NCBI GenBank assembly: GCA_030704615.1 | Contig: CM060734.1 | Coordinates: forward strand, 46,500,001-46,564,000 | DNA length: 64,000 bases | Direction of reading: 5' to 3' | Source: Takakia lepidozioides | Taxonomy: Eukaryota; Plantae; Bryophyta | Part shown: positions 22,985 to 36,316 of the stretch, piece by piece | Layout: each line of letters starts with the position of its first letter | Numbering within the stretch: the stretch's first letter is position 1 | Notes under the pieces: generated by a model | What the model saw: only the letters and a program-made list of their open reading frames with translations | What the model was told of the DNA's origin: nothing | The model's database searches: none | Position numbers and translations under genes: made by a program

Positions 22985-24219
22985 CTATGCAGGCTGTGCT
23001 TGTGCCGGCCTTTTGCCACTCTCTGGGCAATCTCTCTTGACATGGGGTCCTCCACATGTCCAACATATCACCCCTGGTTGCTGTTGGCCTGCAAAAGATG
23101 CCATGGGCCTCTGCACCTGAGGTCCCCTGTAAGCTCCATGGAACTTGGGCTGGGCAACCTTGCCCCCCTGACCACGCTGTTGGGCAGTCATTTGTGCCTG
23201 TGGGCTGACAGCTGTGCCCCGTGCAGGCATGTCCTTGCCAAATCCAATTGTAACAACTCGCTCCTCCACCATGTTGAGCTCAATCCGCTCAGCCAGCAAA
23301 AACACATCTGCTAATGTGGGTTGGGCTGCTTGTAACAGGTTGCATCTCGCACCCTTCTCTTGAGCTCCTTGTCCAGAATTCCATACCAGAACTGGATTGC
23401 CTGAGCTTCAGTAACCCCTTGGGTCACACTTATCAAGCGCCTCATACGAGTGTACGCCTCTCGCAGGCTCTCACTGGGTTTGCGCTGGAAGTCTTGCAAA
23501 CTTCGCAGCTTCTCTGTCCGTACACCTTGGTAGTTCCTCCGCAACTCCTGGAAGAACTCCACCACCGGGTTGAATCTAGGCACATATGTTGTAGTCGTGG
23601 CAGGAGGAGTAGTAGCACCTTTTGAACTGGTACCACCTGCAGAAGTACCAACACTACTTGCTCCACTACTAGTGCTAGCAGTGGGAGCTATTGGTACTGA
23701 TGCAGCTACTGGTCGCGTCGTGCCTCAAGTAATGGAGACGTAGTCAGGTGACCAATACATCCTCCACTCCTCAATCTCTGCTTCATGTCCTCGCCTGAAC
23801 TCGTGGTAATCGTCCATAGGCGGGCCTTCCAAATGCTGGAACAGTCCCTTCCACGCCATGAATGGGGTGAATAGCTGTGGATTGCGCATCTGCTGCAAAT
23901 CACACCAGCTGTCGAACTCCTGGATAAAGTCATCCAACTCGATTGTGCCCACCGCTCCAGAGTACCTACGAGGCCCCTTGGTAGCTCCATACATCTCCTC
24001 CATGTCGTCCCACAACAATGACGAATGAAAGTGCACACCTGTTGATGAAGCCTCCGAGTCTGTGTCTGACTCTACAGTAATTGAGGGTGGCGGTGAAGGT
24101 GGTCTGAACCGAATATCTCGTCTTGTGAACCCACTCTCACTGTTACTGCCTGTAGCCGTACTCCCCTCAAAACCCTTGGGTAACTCCGTAATGACACTCA
24201 CAATGTGCACCTCCTCCAC
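22985..24219 (-). pseudogene. gag: Gag of DNMT-gypsy (frameshifted)
   Basis: YSG..LDDFIQEFDSW, FQRKPSESLREAYTRM, zinc knuckle CWTCGGPHVKRDC. TAG at 22985-22987 sits where the homolog at 61.3 kb has Gln. Confidence 0.8.
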
Positions 24220-24750
24220 GTGACACTATAAGGCTCTAGTACTAATCTAATAGTGACACGGGTGGGCACCTGTTGCAGTTTAAGGGTCATATCCCAATGG
24301 CTCAGGGCACCTGCACCTGCATCCACAGCAAGAACTCCTATGGTTGGCTGGTCATCAACCCAGCCTCACCATAGAAGAAACACTGGTGGTCTTGCTGGTC
24401 ATTACTCCAGCCTCACCACCGACAACATACTCTAGGATTGACCGGTGATCAAATCCGGCCTAATCCCTATGAAAGCAAGCGCCCACACAAAACCAACATG
24501 GCGCACAGTCAAGCATGCAGGTGTTGGGGGGGATCCAAACACAAGAAATCAAAACATCAACACCCCCACACCAAAATCCAGCTGCAATGCTGATCCTGCA
24601 GAATAGCCCAGCCCAAAACCCCGGACTGACTGGCCTCCACCAAGAGAGGCTTTGGCAACTACAAGTACAAGGTAATGAAAATAGTACAGAGATGGAGGGG
24701 AAGAATAGAAGCCCGACCAAGCAAGATCTAATCCTGATCTATGCTATCAA

Positions 24751-25488
24751 CTACCAGACTTCTCTCAAAGTGCCTCGCTCTGCATGATGGTAAGGTGTAG
24801 GAGGTATATCTATGTCCAGAAACCTACCACTAACCTTGTCCCAAGCTACAGTAGCTCGCTCTAACCAACCCTCCTCCTCTTTCTGCCAAGTAGAGACAAA
24901 GCAATACTCCCCTATCTCCCGCTCACTAAACACTAAAGAAAACAAAGGTAGGGTCTGATAGTCTCTCAACTCAAAAGCTTTGAGACGGTTGCGGGTGTCC
25001 TCATTGCGAATGATTGCATCTCCTTCAAACAGAACAAACTTGTCCTCGGTAATGAACCCCCGCTCGTGGTTGCCTTGTGCAGAGCCTGTCCGGCTGCAAC
25101 GCTGTCTGATTGCACAAACTTGTGTAGCTTCTGCTCCTCTACTCCAGTACACCACGGCCTTGTGGCTGAACACCTTGGTCCCCGGGGCTGTCTTTGGCTG
25201 TGTTCCAAGCCTAACTTTCACCCACTTTGGTATTTCACCTACAGCTGCAGAACTGCTGGCTCCAACAGAGTTCTGACTGTCCAAGGCGATATTGAGGCCC
25301 TCAATGCCAACTACCGCAGTCTGTTGTCTACTGCTAATGCCTAACTCCCAGTATGCAATCAACTCGTCCAACTGTTCTCCACTCAAATCAGTCTGAGTTC
25401 CTTGGGAAACATAAATCTTGTCCCCTTTGGTGCACAGGCTAAGAGAAGAGACCTGCCCTTCAATCACGTCCTCATTTCCCCCAGCCAT
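24751..25488 (-). CDS. Extra sense-strand ORF of unknown function upstream of gag, inside the element
   Basis: Intact 245-aa ATG ORF between the 5' LTR and gag; no recognisable motif. Confidence 0.5.
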   Translation of the reverse strand: MAGGNEDVIEGQVSSLSLCTKGDKIYVSQGTQTDLSGEQLDELIAYWELGISSRQQTAVVGIEGLNIALDSQNSVGASSSAAVGEIPKWVKVRLGTQPKTAPGTKVFSHKAVVYWSRGAEATQVCAIRQRCSRTGSAQGNHERGFITEDKFVLFEGDAIIRNEDTRNRLKAFELRDYQTLPLFSLVFSEREIGEYCFVSTWQKEEEGWLERATVAWDKVSGRFLDIDIPPTPYHHAERGTLREVW

Positions 25489-26992
25489 ACAAGAAGTACA
25501 TCCCCAGATTTATCCCTCATGTAGACCAGAATAGGTTCTAGAAACAGGATTGTGGATCTTTCATGGCACACTCACACTCACAAAATTCCATAGATTTTTA
25601 GCAGAGTCCCAAAAACAAAAACCAGGTCTAGGTAGGTAGATTCCCCCTTTCTGCAGCTATCCCCCCAAAAACTGAGTCAAACAGAGTCCATTTGACAAAG
25701 ATATGACCAATTTGGCTTTAAATCATTTAAATTAGATCAAAAGGGCCCCTTTTTTTTATAAAGGTTTTCAAATTTAAAAATTTAAAGTTACACCCAAAAT
25801 ATCTGGTAACTGGTTCCCGGTTCCCTAAGTTCTATATGGTTTCCTAGGTTCCTTGGCCACGTGTCCTATAATTCCTAGGATTTCAGTTGTGTTTACAAAT
25901 GCACCCCCCACAGCTCTTGGTTACCAGTGACCTGCTCTCCTCCAGTCGAGATCCGTAGCTATGCCGAGCCTTAATCCTTTGCACCAATATTCCCAACAAA
26001 GGCAAGAGCACTTACAATGCAACCCTGGAAAGCACCAGAGCTAACTAGCTTTGATCAAGAACGCTTACAGCCCTTCATGCGTGCTGATTTTTCAAGGTGA
26101 CAACAACAGATCTGCTATCACTGATTGTGTAAGCCTTTACATGGAGTTGGCACAGGCTGCCCTCAAGTTCTGGATTGTAAACATAGACCAAGCAGGTCGT
26201 GTAGTGAGCTGGGCCCCTTCAGCTCATATCCTGCTCATACACCAAGTGTCACCTGGTGAGTCCACAGTCTCCCACTCTCATACTCTCCTGCAACAAACAC
26301 AACTTTGAGGTTCAATCCTCCAAAACCTGAGGATCGCCAGCCTGGGAGGTTGACACTGTCAGGAAGCGCCCTTCCCTTCCAGCAAATGGCCTAAGATCTG
26401 GTGACCTCGTCTATCCTTCCCTGGACTGCTCTTGCTTGGCCTTTCTCACAGCTGCCTGACTTACCTCCGACTACCTTTCCCTGTACGCTGGCAGCGAGTC
26501 TCTACAGGGCACGGTGAATCCAGCAATATGCTTGCAAGCCAGTATGGGGCTACAAGCCAATGGCCCTTCTTGAGCTGCAACACAAATGACCACACAAGTT
26601 GGGCACGACTGACCTACTGGGTGCTCAGCCTGCCCCAGCGCTCAGGCAGCAGAGCTGCCAGGGCCCCCTGCGCGCACCCGCCACCACAAACAGGGATGAC
26701 TACACCCTGATCACCACCAACGTCAATGTGTGAAACAACAAGCGCATACCCATGGCAACAGCAGGGCCAAATGGACTCTGCCCCAAGATATATATTATAA
26801 TAGTGCTAAAACAAACATTGTATCTAGCTTAGCACTAGAAAACTAGATAGCGTCATCTCTCTCGAGTGATAAGAAAGCTAAAAGACACACTGTTCACACA
26901 AGAAACATGAAATCCCTCAACATCACTCTTTAAGATAATAGTCGAGCCAGGGGCACCCCAAGCTATGGGGACTCCACCCCACAACAACCTAT

Positions 26993-27217
26993 ACCCCTAC
27001 ATAAGCACACTCAGACTCTAAGCATGAAGGAGCTCGGTCGTGCAGGCTCAACTCGAGAGAGATGAGCCGCGCGACTGCTGCTCTCGTGAAGATAAGACGG
27101 ACCAGGTGTCAAACTAAACTTGACACCTGATTTAACACTTGACTTAAATCCAAGTGTTAAATACAAACAACTAGTTTTATTCTAGCTGTTTTCACACTGT
27201 GTTTATTTAACTTGACA
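26993..27217 (-). repeat. 5' LTR of DNMT-gypsy (shared part; the full LTR may extend to about 26721)
   Basis: Begins TGTCAAG on the minus strand at 27217. TATA-like tract at about 26790-26800. Candidate end TTGACG followed by TGG at about 26721 (uncertain). Confidence 0.8.
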
Positions 27218-27807
27218 CTACTAACAGACAGTAAATTTGAGTTCAGGTCTATGTGCACAACACTAAGTACAGTTCTTACATCCCCGCATTCCACCTCCAA
27301 AAGCAAGTGCTACCTAGATTGTAGTTGAGGCTGCCCACATTTTAACTTGTCTCTTAGGACCAACTCCTCCATGTCAGAGCCCTCTTACATTTGATTCTGC
27401 ACCCACGTTTCAATCCTGGGGTAGGCCTAAGAAATATCTGGAGCTGCTAACGCTGCGCTTGCCCCAGCTTCCTCCATACTTTCTGGAGCTACATGAGAAT
27501 GTTCTCAAATTCAAGCCTGTCCGGGGAAAAATCTGTCCAGGCTAGTTGTGCTTGATCTAGACAAGACAGCCATAGAAAATTGTTTCACTTCCAGGACGCT
27601 AATGCATACTCATCGCACTAAAGTAGAACTATTTTGTGGAAGTGTGATTCCATACAGCAACGGGAGCCTACAAGATCTTGACATCACATTATACAAATAG
27701 AATCTTTGATTGATTGATTGAAGAAATGCAGCCCCAACTGACACTCTGAATCGAGGACACGACCTTATGTTTGACACCCGGACTTTCTCTCATGCAAATG
27801 GCTTGTT

Positions 27808-30800
27808 TCACCAATAATCCCCACAAGAGCAAACCCCATCTTGGAAGTGGTGAAAGCGGCTGGCATCCCGTAAAACAATTGTTCTCTCAACAATTTTTGA
27901 GATGAACTTGGTGGCTGTGTGGCAGTCACCACACACCCGAAGGTTCTTCATGACACGGAGAAGCGTCCCCGGTGGTGTGCAGATGAGGCCAAAAGCAATG
28001 GCCAGCTTCTCACTGTGGTGGCAAAGAGAAAATTCCTTTTGTTCCTCCTCCAGCTCGTGCAATGCAAACCGCGTGTCAGGGACATACCCAGTTTCCTTCA
28101 TCCACCCAGATAGTCTCTTCAGCTCGCAATGAATTTCCTCAATTTTGGGATGCAACTTGTCTTCTGCAACAAATTTATGCACCTGGTTGTCCACCTCAAT
28201 CCAGCTGTGCCCTGGCTCCTTTTTAACACCTCTGTCCTTCATCATTTTTCTCACCTTCACTGTATCGTCCCACCTTCCAACAGCAGCATAGATGTTGGAT
28301 AGCAGCACATAAGTGGCGGCATGACGTGGATCCCACTTGAGAAAGCATTTTGCAGCACGTTCTGCTATTTCCACATTGCAATGAATTCTGCAAGCACCAA
28401 GCAAGGAACCCCACACCACAGCACCTGGTTTGATTGGCATGTTGTTAACTAAGTCCTCTGCCTCATCCAATTGCCCTGCACGCCCCAGGAGGTCCACCAA
28501 GCAGCCAAAATGCTCCACTGTAGGTGTGAGACCATGATCGCGACTCATGGAATCAAAGTAGTGATGGCCTTCATCCACCAGGCCCACATGGCTACATGCA
28601 GAGAGGACACATAAAAAAGTTATCCCATCTGGTTTCATACCTTCCTGTTGCATTTGATCAAATAGTTCCAACGCCTCCCTCCCACACCCATGCTGAGCAT
28701 ATCCTGCTATCATCACACTCCATGAGACCACATCGCGTTCAGCCATTTTGTCGAACACTTGACAAGCATCCCTCATGCACCCAGATTTGGCATACATGTC
28801 CACAAGGGCAGTCTCCAGCATGACATCTGGAGGATTTCCAGCTTTGATGATGACAGCATGGACCTCTCTGCCCTTTTCTACAGCTGCCAGGCTGGCACAC
28901 GCATTGAGAACGCAAATGTGCGAGACCTTGTTGGGTGTCACCCCCTCCCGTATCATTTGCTCATACATCTCCACAGCCTCTCTGCCACACCCATGCTGTG
29001 AATATCCTGCAATCATTGCACTCCATGAGACCACATCTGGCTTCGACATGTTGAGGAACACTAGATGTGCATCCTTCATGCTCCCACATTTGGCATACAT
29101 GTCAACAAGGGCAGTCTCCACAATGACATCTGGAGTAATTCCAGATTTGATGATGTCAGCATGGACCCCTTTGCCCTTTTCTAGTGCTGCCAGACTAGCA
29201 CAAGCATTGAGAACACAGATGAATGTAACCTTGTCAGGTATCACCTCTTCCCATATCATCTGCTCATACATCTCCAAAGCCTCCATACTACATGCATGCT
29301 GCATGTATCCGGTGATCATGGCATTCCATGAGACCACATCTCGTTTAACCATATTGTCAAACACTTGAAGTGCACTCTTTACACTCCCGCATTTCGCATA
29401 CATAGTAGAAAGGGCAGTCTCCAGAGTAATATCTGGCAGAATTCCAGATTTGATAATCTCGGCATGGACCTCTTTGCCATTTTCCAGGGCTGCCATGCTG
29501 GCACATGCATTCAGAACGCAAATGAATGTGACTTTGTTGGGCATGATTCCTTCCCGAGTCATTTGCTCATACATCTCAAAAGCTTCCTTACCACACCCAT
29601 GCTGAGCATATCCTGTGATCATTGCATTCCATGACACCACATCTCGGTTTGGCATACTGTCGAACACTTGATGCGCATCCTTTATGCTCCTGCACTTGAC
29701 ATACATGTCAATAAGGGTATTCTCCAGAATGATATTTGGCACAATTCCAGCTTTGATGATATCAGCATGGACCGCCTTGCCCTTTTCCAAGCCTGCAAAA
29801 CTTGCACAGGCCCTGAGAACGCAAATGAACGTGGCTTTGCTCGGTGCCACCCCTTCCCCTAGCATTTGTCTGTAGATGTTGAAAGCCTCCCTGCCACAGT
29901 GATTTTGTGCATATCCTGCAATCATTGTGTTCCATGAGACCACATTTCGTTCAGCCATACTGTTAAACACTTCATGCGCACCCTTCGTGTTCCCACATTT
30001 GGCATACATGGCAGCAAGGGCAGTCTCGAGAATTATATCTCGTGCAACTCCTACTCTGATGATGTCAGCATGAACCTCTTTGCCCTTTTCCAGGGCTCCT
30101 AGGCTGGCACATGCTTTCACAACGGAAATGAATGTGATCTTGTTGGGTGTGACACCTTCTCGTACCATTTGCTCATACATCTTAAGGGCCTCCCTACCAC
30201 ATCCATGCTGAGAATATCCTGCGATCATGGCACTCCATGAGACCACATTTCGTCGAGACATCTTGTCAAAAACTTGCTGTGCATCCTTCATGTTCCCACA
30301 TTTGGCATACATGGCAGCAAGAGCAGTCTCCAAAATGGTATCTGATGCAATTCCAGCTTTGATTATGTCAGCATGAATCTCTTTGCCCTTTTCCAGGGCT
30401 CCTATACTGGCACATGCATTGAGAATGCAAATGAAAGTGATCCTTTCGGGTGTCACCCCTTCCTTACTCATTTGCTCATAGAGCTCCAAGGCCTCCCTAC
30501 CAAACCCATGCTTGGCATAACCTCCCACCATTAGATTCCATGTGACCATATCTCGTTCAGACATTTTGTCAAACACCAGCCGTGCATCCACCACACTTCC
30601 ACACTTCGCATACAAGTTGACAACAGTGTTGAGCAGGAAGATGCTTGACTTGAATCCACTTTTAATAATGTGGGTGTGCACCTGCTTTCCCTCAGCCAGG
30701 GCTTTCAGCTTGATGCACTCCTGCAAGAGACAGACATAAGTGTTGGAGTCTGCCGAAGTGCCTCCTTGGTTCAACATCTGGAGTGCCTCCCTCAATTTTG

Positions 30801-30939
30801 CAGTCTTACATAGTGTCCTAACATCCCCACAGGTGTTAGAAGAATTCTTATTGACTCCATCTCTTGGTCCGCTTTCATAAGCAATGGTCACGGTGGAGGT
30901 AACTGATCCAACCAACTGCGCTTGATTCAACCCTGCCAT
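27808..30939 (-). CDS. PLS-class PPR protein with E1/E2/DYW deaminase domain (organellar C-to-U RNA editing factor)
   Basis: About seven P-L-S triplets, PG box [21 protein letters not shown] and C-terminal CSCGDYW. The ATG follows a possible CAG acceptor, so upstream exons may exist. Confidence 0.96.
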   Translation of the reverse strand: MAGLNQAQLVGSVTSTVTIAYESGPRDGVNKNSSNTCGDVRTLCKTAKLREALQMLNQGGTSADSNTYVCLLQECIKLKALAEGKQVHTHIIKSGFKSSIFLLNTVVNLYAKCGSVVDARLVFDKMSERDMVTWNLMVGGYAKHGFGREALELYEQMSKEGVTPERITFICILNACASIGALEKGKEIHADIIKAGIASDTILETALAAMYAKCGNMKDAQQVFDKMSRRNVVSWSAMIAGYSQHGCGREALKMYEQMVREGVTPNKITFISVVKACASLGALEKGKEVHADIIRVGVARDIILETALAAMYAKCGNTKGAHEVFNSMAERNVVSWNTMIAGYAQNHCGREAFNIYRQMLGEGVAPSKATFICVLRACASFAGLEKGKAVHADIIKAGIVPNIILENTLIDMYVKCRSIKDAHQVFDSMPNRDVVSWNAMITGYAQHGCGKEAFEMYEQMTREGIMPNKVTFICVLNACASMAALENGKEVHAEIIKSGILPDITLETALSTMYAKCGSVKSALQVFDNMVKRDVVSWNAMITGYMQHACSMEALEMYEQMIWEEVIPDKVTFICVLNACASLAALEKGKGVHADIIKSGITPDVIVETALVDMYAKCGSMKDAHLVFLNMSKPDVVSWSAMIAGYSQHGCGREAVEMYEQMIREGVTPNKVSHICVLNACASLAAVEKGREVHAVIIKAGNPPDVMLETALVDMYAKSGCMRDACQVFDKMAERDVVSWSVMIAGYAQHGCGREALELFDQMQQEGMKPDGITFLCVLSACSHVGLVDEGHHYFDSMSRDHGLTPTVEHFGCLVDLLGRAGQLDEAEDLVNNMPIKPGAVVWGSLLGACRIHCNVEIAERAAKCFLKWDPRHAATYVLLSNIYAAVGRWDDTVKVRKMMKDRGVKKEPGHSWIEVDNQVHKFVAEDKLHPKIEEIHCELKRLSGWMKETGYVPDTRFALHELEEEQKEFSLCHHSEKLAIAFGLICTPPGTLLRVMKNLRVCGDCHTATKFISKIVERTIVLRDASRFHHFQDGVCSCGDYW

Positions 30940-32566
30940 CCTGCATGACTCACTCGTGGTTAACAGAATATATCTTAAAGCTTCTCCAACTTCAGAGCAA
31001 TAATGACAGCCTCCTTGCTACATTTTTAAAGGGGTTTTTTGGGTGGTGGTTAGCTTTCCACACCACAATATGCAGGTAGATGCTTGCAACAAATATACCC
31101 AACTCAGACAGCAGCTGCAACACCATTATGTGTCCTTTTATGCCCTGACTGCCAACTGTGTTGTACACTGTAACACTTGCAACAAGTTATGACACAAAAT
31201 ATCTGTGTGGCACTCCGCCTTTGTGTAACCTTCGTGCAACCTGCCACATTTGTTTACTGCACTTCCCTGTGAAGGGGGAGGGTCCCATCCTCTCATCGAC
31301 AGGTAAGAACTCTGCTCATTGCGATAAGCATCGGGTGGATTCATCCCCTCATAAAAATTCTCAAGAGAGAAATTGGCAGAATCCCATGCAACTAAAAGAG
31401 AAACATCACAAATTCCTGAGGTCTGCATGGTTGCTGTCATACTGGAAATCCCCTGATGATTCCCCTCCACCAGGGCTTGCAACAGACTTCTGCCTAGCTA
31501 TTTCCAGATTCTCCAATTGGCCATCTACCCACGCAGGCCTCTTGTAGCCATCAATCCCCAGAGCCTCTTTGGTGCTCTTGTGCCTGGAATAGAGTCCCCG
31601 CGGATTGATCTGCACCCAATTCCCTCTACCTCCTTCAGCTATCCCTGCCTCCACAACAAATGAAATAGGGATGTGAAGTAAAGGGAATATAGAAGTAACA
31701 CTGACATTGACACTATTTAGAGGAATATCGTCTATGTCATTGACTTCCACGACCAGACGCGCTGCAAAACAAATCCGATCCCTTTTCTTCACATGGTCCC
31801 CTGCGCTCTCAGCCAGCATATCCCAAATCTCCACACCCAACCTGCCATCCCAACCTGGTCAGGAGAAAGAAACGTAGAAACAACAGAACAGAAGTCCTGG
31901 CCAAAAGCAACTCAAGCTGGACAATGGGTTTTTCACATCAATAGAAGCACGAACAGTTCCTCCCACCTGTATGCAATTATAATCCAAACAGGAGCTGAAA
32001 AGAAGCGCGTCAGATTTCTCGTGCATTTAGGGGATCAACCCGAATTTCCATTCTGCCCATCCCCAATTCACTCTCATAACCACTGCCCCCCGACTAGCTC
32101 GAGACTGTAAGACATAAGCCTCAGTGCAATAGGGTAGGGAAATGCAGAGGCGCATACAGCACACCGTGAAGATTTCAGCCCGGTGCCAGGCTCGCGAGCA
32201 GCATATTCTCGTGGCGGAGGCCACCCCGAGCTGCAAGGATGATGTGCCTGGAAGGGGGCGAAGCAGGGCATGGTGGAGATGGCAGGCGTCTCCAACATGG
32301 GTGCCCTGCTTACTGTATGTGCTGCCATGGAGAAGAAACACAGCCCGGCCGTTGGTGGGCGACTGGGCTTTAGGGCCACAGCGTCAACCACCTTTTCACA
32401 AGCCAACGCGGTCTTACCACAGTGAAGGTTTTCCTACTTACATAAAGTACGTCACCAGGGGCATCCATCCCGGACTGACAGGGTCCTATCCACATCCACA
32501 GCACTCTCCCCCAGCTTTCCTTTTGCTCTGTTGTGAAGGGCTCTTCCTGTGGAGCTTGGGGTCAAA

Positions 32567-34342
32567 ATGGCGATGGCTGCCTCGTTCTCAATGGCCGCCT
32601 TGCAATCGGCGTTGCCATCGGTTGGAGGAGGAAGGAGGTCTGTCAGAGTCTCTGGCATTGCGTCTGCAGGCACCAGCAGCATTGTAGTCAGGCCTCGCTC
32701 TCTGAAGCGACTCACTCTGCAGGCTTTCTCAGGCCTACGCACAGACAACCCACTGCAACTCCAAGCTGGTAAGGACTGATTTTTATGTTTGTGCCGGATG
32801 GGTTTGTTTTACATTCTACCTTTCCTGCGCAGCTATGGATGGGCGTTACTGGCACTGTCTGCTTCATTGTTTGATCCCTAAGACGATTCACCCTTGGGTT
32901 TTCTGAAGAAATTTGAGGTTGTTTTTCTCTCAGTGAAGATTTATTCAAGATTTATCTTTCTTGGTTTGCGAAACAGCACCGTTGGTCATGGTCCAGGAAT
33001 GCAATGTGAGAAACGTTTGCCTGTATATAACCTGTTCTTGGGACATCAAGCATATCTTAGTGGGCACTACTTCTCACACGATTTGGCACTCGTAGTTGAG
33101 GTCAGGTAGAGTAGTGTGTAGTCTTGCATATTGGTTTGTCGTTGGCTGGGAGAGAGGATTGCAGTTCTATTCCCAGGTTGTTGCCTGACCGGGAGAATTG
33201 TAATTTGTGAGGGTTATGACTGCGACATTGGCAATTGTTGTATTTGATAGCAGTATGTTTACTCAGGTGCAATTTTGGTTCGCTTACATCTGATAATCTT
33301 GAGAACTACTAATCTTGGAGGGTATTGAACCGGCATCTGATTGATCATTTATTTTCATCTGCCTGCAACCTCCACCGCAGGTCCTATTGAGAGCAGGATT
33401 CAAAGATTACTCTGAGCCTATCTGTAATGGTATTTTCAAACAATAAACTGAGATTGAGATGTCTCGGAAAGTAATGTGAATGCAGTGAGCAGTTATGTGC
33501 TTTGGTCAGTGCTGTCAGGCAGCACACGCCCTACAACAGTGGCATGCTAAAAAATCCTTGCAATTGCGATGTGGCAAGAGATACAATGAGAGACCCTAAC
33601 TTCCAGGGGCCACATACATTGGCTAGATTGTTGTGTGACTGCTGTAGGTGTATTCCATGACTCTCTCACTTTGTACCAGGTCACCTGTCCAGTGTAGGGT
33701 GGGCGTTGCACATGTCGAGTGATGATGGCAGCTGATGTATGACTGCATACACAAAACAATTTGGAAATCATCAGGGATTGCCATAGCTATCAAACCAAAA
33801 GTTGAAATCTGCAGTTCTCAGGATAACCTATTCTGTTGGATAAGCCATCAGTGTGACCTGGTTATGGTTTTTGTCGAGGAGGATTCAAAAGACACAGATC
33901 GTTAATTTTCTTCGGTGCACGTTGTTGGTTTTCAGAGTCCACTTTTGCCACTCTTAGCTTGGGGGTGGGCAATGGAGCGAAATGGTTTGCGATGAGGCAT
34001 GGACGGAAGGTACCAAAGCTGAACCGTCCACCTGATCAACGGCGTGCTCTTCTTCGCGGTCTAACTACTGAAGTTTTGCGCCATGGAAGAATCAAAACAA
34101 CACAAGCACGCGCTAGGGCAATGCGTAAATATGTAGACCACATGATAACCCTTGCCAAGGGTGGGTCACTTCACCAACGACGCCAGGCATTGGGCTTCCT
34201 GTATGATAAGCAGCTGGTGCACTCTCTGTTTGCTGAGGTCCCAGATAGGTATGGGGAGAGAAATGGTGGTTACACGCGGATTATTCGCACCATGCCTCGA
34301 AGGGGAGACAATGCACCCATGGCTTTCATTGAGCTTGTGTAA
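32567..34342 (+). CDS. RPL17: Plastid 50S ribosomal protein L17 (exons 32567-32768 and 33936-34342)
   Basis: Transit peptide exon and phase-1 GT-AG intron, then [22 protein letters not shown]...GGYTRI...[11 protein letters not shown]. Confidence 0.95.
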
Positions 34343-36316
34343 ATGGTCTTTTGATCCTTGATTATTCTAGGATGAAGCTGACATCTTGTAAAGGAATTGT
34401 CATAGCTTTTGACAGCCAATGATGATGGGATAGTGCTGTTCTTGAGGTGTAGCATGGCAAGTCAACGAGAAATGTCACAGTGGTGTTCTCTTATTAATGC
34501 CGGGAAGGAACGGGAAGCAGGAAATGACACATCATTGGCAGTAAATTTAGTCATATTGCATTGGCACTTCTGTAGATGCTGTAGTTGGGTGGCTGGAAAT
34601 GTTGCCATAGCGCAGGAACTGCACAAGTTCTCTCGCAGTTGTGTTCCCTTTGCAATATGGATCCCATTTGTGGTGCTCCCAGATAAGCGTTATCGAGTGC
34701 AGGTAAGCTGTACTTCTACATAGCTACTGAATTGTAACATAACCCTACACTCCAGAGACAGACTTATGTGTTGATGCAAGCATGACCGCCTGAGGGTCAT
34801 CCTGCGGACAAGGGTCCTCCTGGGCTGGTTGTGGGGTTTTACCTAGCATTGCCCTAAGCTAGTTCATCTGAACAAGAGGAACAAGCTGGATTGCAGTATA
34901 TTGATGCTAGAAGTCAATGAAGTCTAAGATGCAAGGGGTGTTGCTTGTAGCTTATTTTTGCCACTCTTGATTTCTAACTGAGTGCAAAGTTGGCCTTCAT
35001 AGTTTTGTAGTGACCTCCTCTATATTAGGACAACTTAAGACTTCAGAGTCCTCCATGCCCTGGGCCAATTTGGAGCAGTATGGCCCACTCGATTTTTAGT
35101 AGGGTGGCAATCTCTGGAGGTAAATATTGCCCTTCAATGTGCCAATGTGGTGAGGGACCACTACACTTGGTGCTGCCCCCCCTTTTACTGTCAGAATTCT
35201 CTCCTTGATCACTGCATTCCCAATGTGATCACATTGCCTCACAATTGAATCCGCCTGTAGTAAAAGGTTACTGTGAATTGCAGGTCACAAGACATGCTCA
35301 TCCACCACATCTGGACCTATAACTTCTTCAATGTCAACACAAAAACTAATTCATTTCAACATGCTCTTATCATTGTCTGTGGCAACAACCTCTTATGAGA
35401 CACTTTTTTCAGAGGCTTTCTCATCAATCTTGTATCATGAAGTGATTCTTCTCTTAATAGTAGTATGCATCCCCAACCCTGTCTAGTACCAACTTGGCCT
35501 TCACTTCTGGTACCTGTAGTCCCTTGATAGGTCATCATCTCTTGACAATCTAGGACAATGGCACCACCTTCACCACCCATTCAGAATGTATGATAGAATC
35601 AAGGATCTGGTCTGCAAAAGCGAGCTCAAAAGTTCAAAGCAAGAGACACATGGCATTGTGTTATTAGACCCCCAGAAAGTGATTTGTGAAGCAGGGGAAT
35701 CACCAGAGTGCCCAGCAGGGATTCTTTATATGAGTGGGATTATGGGCTTTCAAAGTAAGAGTTTATGATGGATGTCATGGGTTTGGAGATGAGGAGATTG
35801 TATCTGTGGATGGAGCTGTGCAGCAAGGCAAGGCTGTGGATGCTTGATTACTATGCTATTTACTGGATATTTAAACCAGACTTTATCCTTATCTCTATGA
35901 ACTGGAACTGCGGTCGTTGGCGTTGCTTCTGGAAAACTCCCACTGTTGCACAACTGCTAAGCTCTGAGCTGCCCATTGGAAGTCTGCCATACCCGAGACT
36001 GTAGGTGGATTGTGAGAGGGGAAGAAGTTTGAAAAGATGCGGAGGCGTTGTTGATTGTATGTTCAGCGCACAGGGATATGAGAGCTGGGGGGGAGCTGAA
36101 GGAGAGAAAAAGAGAAAAATTCTATAACGTCCACGGGAGAGAGTGAGAGAGAGAGAGGGGTAGGGAGCCTGAGAGTGCGAAGAGACTGTTGTGCAGGCCG
36201 GTGAGGCCCCCACCATTGAGTTCCAGAGAGAGGCGTCGGGTCTTTGAGTGAGAGGGACTGCTGGGACGGCCTGCAAGGCTACCCATTTCGTTGCGAGAAG
36301 AGTTTCTAGGATAGAA

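Larger units (their letters stand above)
16323..27217 (-). mobile_element. Ty3/gypsy LTR retrotransposon encoding a DNMT3-like C5 cytosine methyltransferase and a PHD-finger integrase (degenerate copy)
   Basis: A 225-bp direct repeat at 16323-16547 and 26993-27217 begins TGTCAAG on the minus strand. Domain order is extra ORF, gag, PR, DNMT, RT, RNase H, IN, PHD. Confidence 0.9.

Noticed and set aside
1-27217. Bacterial contamination or a restriction-modification locus as the source of the MTases
   Set aside because: The amino-MTase gene has spliceosomal introns, the DNMT is in frame within a gypsy polyprotein, and both are contiguous with plant nuclear genes.
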